Positions 14,696-20,000 of a stretch of 20,000 nt of DNA are shown one piece after another. Under the pieces are notes generated by a model. The model was not told the DNA's origin. It was given only the letters and a program-made list of their open reading frames with translations, and did no database searches. Where the stretch lies: the IMG/VR virus record IMGVR_UViG_2882234885_000004; one strand, 5' to 3'. Numbering within the stretch: the first letter of the stretch is position 1; each line of letters starts with the position of its first letter. Position numbers and translations under genes: made by a program. This DNA comes from an uncultured virus (IMG/VR IMGVR_UViG_2882234885_000004) (taxonomy: Duplodnaviria > Heunggongvirae > Uroviricota > Caudoviricetes).

Positions 14696-15892
14696 ATGGA
14701 AACCAAGATGGAAAAAAGATTTGACGATTATGTATTCTACACAGCAGATGAATCGGAGTTCCTGACGGAAATCTCCGAGATGGAGAAGAACTCTGTCTGG
14801 ATGCCAGGCATTCCGAGAACCGCATTGACGGTCCTTCCCCTGGATGCCCCCATGTTCATTCAGGAAGCCGTGGACAAGTACAACATCGACCCCGACCTGG
14901 CCCGTGATACCGTGGATGATGCCAGCGCAGGTACACATCTGATGGTCCAGTACCAGGGCCAGACATGGTGCCTGCGGGACACCGGCCGCATGACCCTCTA
15001 TACCTCCGCCGGTCAGATTGGCCCGGCGAATGGGAACATGGTCAAGGCGGAGGCATACAGCGACCTGGCCAAGAGCATGAACCTCGGCCTGAAATATGCC
15101 AAGGGTAACGCTCTCCTGCTGATTCGCTACGGCAAACTGTCTGCACTGCACAGCGGCGCATCCGACGGCTACTGTGTCATGCCCATCAGCGAACTGCTGG
15201 CCGCCACGAAGAACGCCTTAAATAAGCGCTTTGGGGTGCCCCAGTTCAAGGAGGGGTCCAACAGCCACAGCTACACCAGCGCCATTTGGGAACTGCCGGA
15301 TGTGCAGAGCGAGTTGGTGAACAAATACCAGCAGGCTCTCTCCACGGCCGTCAGCCGGAATCACAGCGCCAACTGGATGCCCATGGTTCGCTTTTCTACA
15401 AGCGATACTGCGACCAGCAGCGCTGTCCTGATGCCGAAGCTGAAGCCGAGTTCCGGCGGGTATGCCTTCTGTATCGGCAAGGGCATCCGGGTCGAGCACA
15501 TGATGAAAACCTCCGGGGCAGTCTATGGGCTGGAGAAGTTCCAGCAGGAAGCGGAAAATCTCTATGCCCTGTTTGAGGATGGCGCGGAGCTGATGAAGAA
15601 GCTGGGTGAGGTGGAAATCGCAAACCCGGTCAACTGCCTCGTCGGTATCTGTGCTGCCCTGAAGATTCCCCGTAAGTACGCTGACCCCGCTCGTGAGGAA
15701 GTGGACACGTTCACTATCAGCACGCCGCGTATGTCCGCTCTGGATATTTACCTCTCTATGGCTCAAATCCCGCAGTATGCGAAGGACAATGGTGCCAGCG
15801 AGGCAAAAATTCTGGAACTGGAGGAGACCGTGGCCAAGATTCTGAACATGGACTTCACTGACTACGATGTCGGCGGCGTCGTTTCTTGGTAA
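14696..15892 (+). CDS. conserved hypothetical protein (398 aa), possibly DUF932-like
   Basis: AAGGAGG RBS and a long ORF with strong codon bias, upstream of YqaJ. The DUF932 resemblance is a weak by-eye impression. Confidence 0.75.
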   Translation: METKMEKRFDDYVFYTADESEFLTEISEMEKNSVWMPGIPRTALTVLPLDAPMFIQEAVDKYNIDPDLARDTVDDASAGTHLMVQYQGQTWCLRDTGRMTLYTSAGQIGPANGNMVKAEAYSDLAKSMNLGLKYAKGNALLLIRYGKLSALHSGASDGYCVMPISELLAATKNALNKRFGVPQFKEGSNSHSYTSAIWELPDVQSELVNKYQQALSTAVSRNHSANWMPMVRFSTSDTATSSAVLMPKLKPSSGGYAFCIGKGIRVEHMMKTSGAVYGLEKFQQEAENLYALFEDGAELMKKLGEVEIANPVNCLVGICAALKIPRKYADPAREEVDTFTISTPRMSALDIYLSMAQIPQYAKDNGASEAKILELEETVAKILNMDFTDYDVGGVVSW

Positions 15893-15904
15893 AATCCCAT
15901 TATA

Positions 15905-15937
15905 GGGCTCCGCGACCATTCATCGGTTGCGGGGCCC
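15905..15937. other. intergenic GC-rich stem-loop without U-tract
   Basis: gggctccgcgacc-attcatc-ggttgcggggccc. Confidence 0.5.
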
Positions 15938-15962
15938 ATCTACTAAAAGAGGTGAACAAAAA

Positions 15963-16289
15963 ATGCGTATCAAAATTTTGGAGACGCAGAGTGGACGGAG
16001 ATATATCGTTTCTGAAAAGAACGAACTGACCCAGTACAGATATAACTTCTCAAAAGGCGGACTCCAGCGCCCGCAGTTCAGTGGGAACTGGAGGCTGGTT
16101 GGCTTTGCAAAAGTCCTGCCATTTGGCCATATCGGACCGGATATCCCGCCGGAAGAAGTCCTGGGTCAAGACATGAAGTTTAAGAACGGTCGAGGGGCCT
16201 ACGTGGTCCTCGACTACGACTATGGCACACATCGCATCTGGGGAGACCGGGCGGTGGCCTTTTACGAAACGGAGGTTCGGTTTCAGTGA
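15963..16289 (+). CDS. hypothetical protein (108 aa)
   Basis: AAGAGGTG RBS and ATG 15963; its stop overlaps the yqaJ start (GTGA). Confidence 0.7.
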   Translation: MRIKILETQSGRRYIVSEKNELTQYRYNFSKGGLQRPQFSGNWRLVGFAKVLPFGHIGPDIPPEEVLGQDMKFKNGRGAYVVLDYDYGTHRIWGDRAVAFYETEVRFQ

Positions 16290-17671
16290 GCTATTTCGAA
16301 TGTAACCTGCCAGATGTAAGCCCGGCCTATATCCATCCAACCATGTCCGCAGCATTCACTGAGACTTTGCAGCGGGTAAAGCGGCGGATGGCTAAGCTGA
16401 ATGACGCCCTGGAGATGACCGGCATGGACGGCGCTGTATTTGCGAAGCTGGCCAAGGTGCTGTTCGACAACTTCTACACGAAGTTCGAGGACTGCGGCGC
16501 TGAGGAACTGGCTGTGTGGGTGCAGAGCTGTGATGACGGAAGTCCCGTGCAGCATCGGCTTGAATGGCCCAATGCCACCGTGGTCGTCGATTGCGCGTTT
16601 CTCACCACAGAAGAGTGGGAGATGATTCGGCACCTGGGTATCGGGGGCTCTGATGACGCCTCTATCCTGGGCACCAGTGTCTACAAGAATGCGCAGGAGA
16701 CATACCACGATAAAGTGTGGAGCCCGATGCTGATGCCTGCGGACGAATCTCAGGCTGTCTTCGACCGTGGCCATTTTATGGAGGATAACGTCGTGGAGGC
16801 ATTCCTTAAGCTCACGGATTTCAAGCGTATTCCTGAGACCAGGATGTTCCGCTCCAAGAAGTACCCCCACGCTCTGGCCGACATCGACGCCATCATCCAG
16901 GCACCGGACGGACGCCTGTTCGTCTTCGAGGCTAAGACAACGGTGGCGGAGAACCATGCGGCATGGGAAGACGATAAAATCCCCTGCTCGTATACCCCAC
17001 AGATGCGGCACTATCCCGCCGTACTTGCGGACGACAGGATTCAGGGGACGTACATCGGCTGTATTTTTACAGTTGACCTCATTGCAGGCGGTATCTACAT
17101 TGGAAGTTCGTTTTCCGATGAGCAATTTGTTGCCCGATTTCTGGACAGGAATATCCAAACAGAGGGGCAGCAACTTCAACATATCGAAGAGTGGTGGAAC
17201 GCTTACGTTGAGCGTGGCATTGAGCCGCCGCCATCCAGTATTCCCAGTAATGATATCGCCGTTATCCGGCAGTTCCATTCCGGCCCAGCCAATCCAGATA
17301 AGCCTGTACTGGACCTGACGCCGGAGGCATCCCAGTACTGGAAGATTATCGAAGAATACGTGAAGGTAGCAGACGATAAGTCTGCTCAACAGAAAGTCGT
17401 AAAGTCTTTGGAGGACCGGCAGAAGCAGATTCAAAAAGTATTTATGAAGCGGATGCTGGATGTTACGGAGGCCCGGATTGATTTGCCCAGTGGAGATGAG
17501 TACTACGAAATCAAATGGACTCCACGGAAAGGAACCACAGTTGATATGGAAAAGCTCAAAATCGCGTTTCCTGAGGCTTATCAGAGATGCGTTGAGACCA
17601 ATCCTGAGTCCTCTCGCGTGTTCAGCATCAAGAAGAAGGTGAAGAAGGCAGCGAAGAAAAAGAAATCCTGA
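16286..17671 (+). CDS. YqaJ-like viral recombinase family (lambda-exonuclease-type) nuclease
   Basis: 'EEWEMIRHLGIGGSD.ASILG.S.YK', 'RGHFMED', 'ADIDA', 'FEAKT' and 'Q..HY' motifs; about 100-aa N-terminal extension; Lys-rich tail. Confidence 0.9.
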   Translation: MSYFECNLPDVSPAYIHPTMSAAFTETLQRVKRRMAKLNDALEMTGMDGAVFAKLAKVLFDNFYTKFEDCGAEELAVWVQSCDDGSPVQHRLEWPNATVVVDCAFLTTEEWEMIRHLGIGGSDDASILGTSVYKNAQETYHDKVWSPMLMPADESQAVFDRGHFMEDNVVEAFLKLTDFKRIPETRMFRSKKYPHALADIDAIIQAPDGRLFVFEAKTTVAENHAAWEDDKIPCSYTPQMRHYPAVLADDRIQGTYIGCIFTVDLIAGGIYIGSSFSDEQFVARFLDRNIQTEGQQLQHIEEWWNAYVERGIEPPPSSIPSNDIAVIRQFHSGPANPDKPVLDLTPEASQYWKIIEEYVKVADDKSAQQKVVKSLEDRQKQIQKVFMKRMLDVTEARIDLPSGDEYYEIKWTPRKGTTVDMEKLKIAFPEAYQRCVETNPESSRVFSIKKKVKKAAKKKKS

Positions 17672-17774
17672 TTTACCTTCCTCCCAGGAAAATCAGAAGG
17701 GAGAAGATTTATTTTGACCAAGGCAAATGACTTGATTTCCACAAGTCAGACTGCCCCGGAGGGGGTGGTTTGAC

Positions 17775-20000
17775 ATGTGTAACGATAAAGGCACCGGGGA
17801 ACTGCTGAAATCCGAAGTGATATGTTCCCATCTATTTACGGTGTATGAATCCCAGGACTGGAACGTGGCCAAGTATGTCGACGCAGAGACGGGCAACACC
17901 ATTACTGCCTGTGGTGCGAAACTGCCGACCAGCAAGAATGTGACCATCCATCTGCATGGCACATGGCGGGACAACCCCAAGTATGGGCGGCAGTTCTCAG
18001 TCGATTACTTCGACGTTGACCTGCCATCCACAAAAGATGGTGTCGTGTCCTACTTAGGCAGCCTCCGCGTAGGCATCGGCAAGGAGAAAGCCCTGCGTGT
18101 CTACCAGAAATTCGGCAGCAGCGTATGGAACGTCCTTGAGCGGAACCCGGAGCAGTTACTGGAAATCCGGGGTATCTCCAAGAAAATCGTGTCCAGGCTG
18201 ACCAAGAAGCTGGAGGAGACCCGCATCCAACGTAAAATCATCGAGCGGTGCGGCGACGCGGCAAGTGTCATTTCACCAGCCATGCTCAATCGAATGATTA
18301 ACCACTGCGCCAAGCGTGAGTGGGACATCATGGATATCCTGGAGCACCATACCTATCAGCTTATGGAAATCCGTGGCTTTGGGTTTGAGACAGTCGATAA
18401 GTTGGCCCGGCAGATGCCGGATTTTAAACCAGACAGCATCGTTCGTATCATTGCCTCGCTGACTTTCCTTTTCGAGCGGGCTGAGAGCAGGGGCCATGTG
18501 TGTCTCCCCAAGGACGACCTCATCAAGCAGATGATAGCTCTGCTCAATAACCAGTTCCCAAACGCAGTCAACGAGGAAAAGTGCCGCCAGGCACTGAATC
18601 TCGCTTATAAGCAAGAGGCTATCAAGGTGACGTCCGGGATGGTCTACACCAAGCGGTCCTACGACCAGGAGACTGGTATCGTGGAGGACATCAAGCGCCT
18701 GATGACGACTCATCCCCACCAAATCTCTAACATTGATGATTTCATCAAGCAGTATGAGGATGAGAACGGCGTCACCCTGGCCGACAGTCAAAAGGAAGCC
18801 GTCCGAAGCTCCTTCCGAAACCAGGTCAATATCATCACCGGCGGCCCCGGCACTGGTAAGACGACTACCACGAAGGCCGTACTCTATGTACATGACCAGG
18901 TGTTTGGCAGCTCGTCAGAGCCTGTGCTTCTGGCCCCCACGGGGCGAGCAGCCCGGCGGATGTCCGAGGCGACTGGCTATCCGGCCTGTACCATCCATTC
19001 CGCTGTCGGCTACACCGGCGTGCCTGAACTGGATGAGCGGATGTCCGATACGCTGGAGGGAAATCTATTCATCATCGACGAGTCCTCGATGGCTGACCAG
19101 TTCATCACGAATATCCTGCTGGAACATATCCCTGACGGAGCCCGTGTCATCTTTGTAGGCGACCCGGACCAGCTTCCCTCGGTCGGCGCTGGCAATGTGC
19201 TTCATGAGTTAATCAGAAGCCAGGTCATCCCGACTGTCAAGCTCAATGTCATTTTCCGGCAGGCGCAGGATAATCCTATCGTAGAGAACTCGATTCGGAT
19301 GCAAAAAGGGGAGACCTCGCTTTACTTTGATGGCAAAAGGTTCGTGCTCTTCGAGCAGTCTGACCCCGCAGCTATCTTCAAAAAGGCGTGCTCTCTCTAT
19401 GTAAAGTCCGTTCAGAAGTTCGGCCTGGATAATGTGATTCTGCTGAATCCTTACCGTCACAAAACACCTCTGAATGTTGACCGATTCAATTTGAACCTGC
19501 AGCATCTTCTGAATCCCCCAATAGAGGGGGAGTACACGATGCGAATTCACGGTATTGAGTTTCGGCGCAATGATAAGGTCATGCAGACAAGGAATACCGA
19601 AAATGCCATGAATGGCGATATCGGGTATATCCAGAGCATTGAACGATGTCCAGACCCGGACAATCCGACGGAATGGACATACATTGCGAGAATCGAATTC
19701 AATGGCGATGGAGAAATCCACGAGTATACTGCTGAGATGATGCAGGACCTTGACCTCGCCTACTGTAATACCGTACACAAGGCACAAGGGTCCGAATATC
19801 TTACGGTCATCATGGTCGTGTCAGGCGTCCATGAAATCATGCTGCAAAGGAACGTGGTCTATACCGCGATTACCCGAAGCAAGCAGAATGTGGCCATCGT
19901 AGGGGAGGAGGAAGCATTGAAACGCGCCATCCGCAATGATAAATCTGAAACACGGTATACATTGCTCGGAGACCGCTTACACAGCAAATTATCCAAGTAG
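17775..20000 (+). CDS. recD2: ATP-dependent RecD2-like SF1B DNA helicase
   Basis: 'G.W..NPKYGRQF', HhH motifs 'GIGKEKA', 'IRGIS' and 'GFGFETVD', Walker A GGPGTGKT, LAPTGRAA, DESSM, GDPDQLPSVGAG, FRQA, TVHKAQGSE, YTAITR; TAG at 19998-20000. Confidence 0.93.
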   Translation: MCNDKGTGELLKSEVICSHLFTVYESQDWNVAKYVDAETGNTITACGAKLPTSKNVTIHLHGTWRDNPKYGRQFSVDYFDVDLPSTKDGVVSYLGSLRVGIGKEKALRVYQKFGSSVWNVLERNPEQLLEIRGISKKIVSRLTKKLEETRIQRKIIERCGDAASVISPAMLNRMINHCAKREWDIMDILEHHTYQLMEIRGFGFETVDKLARQMPDFKPDSIVRIIASLTFLFERAESRGHVCLPKDDLIKQMIALLNNQFPNAVNEEKCRQALNLAYKQEAIKVTSGMVYTKRSYDQETGIVEDIKRLMTTHPHQISNIDDFIKQYEDENGVTLADSQKEAVRSSFRNQVNIITGGPGTGKTTTTKAVLYVHDQVFGSSSEPVLLAPTGRAARRMSEATGYPACTIHSAVGYTGVPELDERMSDTLEGNLFIIDESSMADQFITNILLEHIPDGARVIFVGDPDQLPSVGAGNVLHELIRSQVIPTVKLNVIFRQAQDNPIVENSIRMQKGETSLYFDGKRFVLFEQSDPAAIFKKACSLYVKSVQKFGLDNVILLNPYRHKTPLNVDRFNLNLQHLLNPPIEGEYTMRIHGIEFRRNDKVMQTRNTENAMNGDIGYIQSIERCPDPDNPTEWTYIARIEFNGDGEIHEYTAEMMQDLDLAYCNTVHKAQGSEYLTVIMVVSGVHEIMLQRNVVYTAITRSKQNVAIVGEEEALKRAIRNDKSETRYTLLGDRLHSKLSK

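Larger units (their letters stand above)
1..20000 (+). mobile_element. segment of a large Firmicute mobile element (conjugative element, megaplasmid or phage-plasmid)
   Basis: VirD4-like, TraX, ParB-like, orphan MTase, YqaJ and RecD2 genes plus many small unknown genes, all co-oriented. No housekeeping genes and no element boundary are visible. Confidence 0.7.

Noticed and set aside
16283..17434. 383-aa minus-strand ORF, and other long antisense ORFs such as 14423..15151, 15218..15919 and 1475..2128
   Set aside because: They are shadows of well-supported plus-strand genes, with no recognisable motifs.
1..20000. tRNA, rRNA, IS/transposase, integrase/att site, oriT or phage structural genes
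   Set aside because: None is recognisable by eye in this window.

Overview
About 28 credible genes, all on the + strand, with Firmicute-style ribosome-binding sites and near-consensus sigmaA promoters. The window most likely comes from a large mobile element of a clostridial-type host (conjugative element, megaplasmid or phage-plasmid); this is an inference. It starts inside a VirD4/TraG-like gene with degenerate ATPase motifs, followed by a DGQHR ParB-like gene and traX. Next come about 10 kb of mostly small unknown genes plus a lipoprotein, a membrane protein, an orphan C5 cytosine methyltransferase, a stand-alone MutS-domain-I-like protein and an orphan HipA-like kinase. It ends with a DNA-processing block: a 398-aa unknown, a YqaJ exonuclease and a RecD2 helicase. 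The most striking non-coding signal is a five-copy dispersed operon leader at about 3986, 6125, 9758, 13270 and 14339. Each copy has an extended -10 sigmaA promoter, a conserved (C/T)AAGGRAGTAT box, a 21-31 nt variable G-poor linker, T(T/C)CAAG, a terminator hairpin with U-tract, an ATATATAC-like tail and then an RBS. This suggests a shared attenuation/antitermination or small-RNA regulon. Three of the five leaders are preceded by arrays of 8-bp pseudo-palindromic repeats. A 51-aa gene missed by the ORF track (14504-14659) resembles the ArfA/BrfA ribosome-rescue factors. All family assignments come from motif recognition by eye; no database searches were run.
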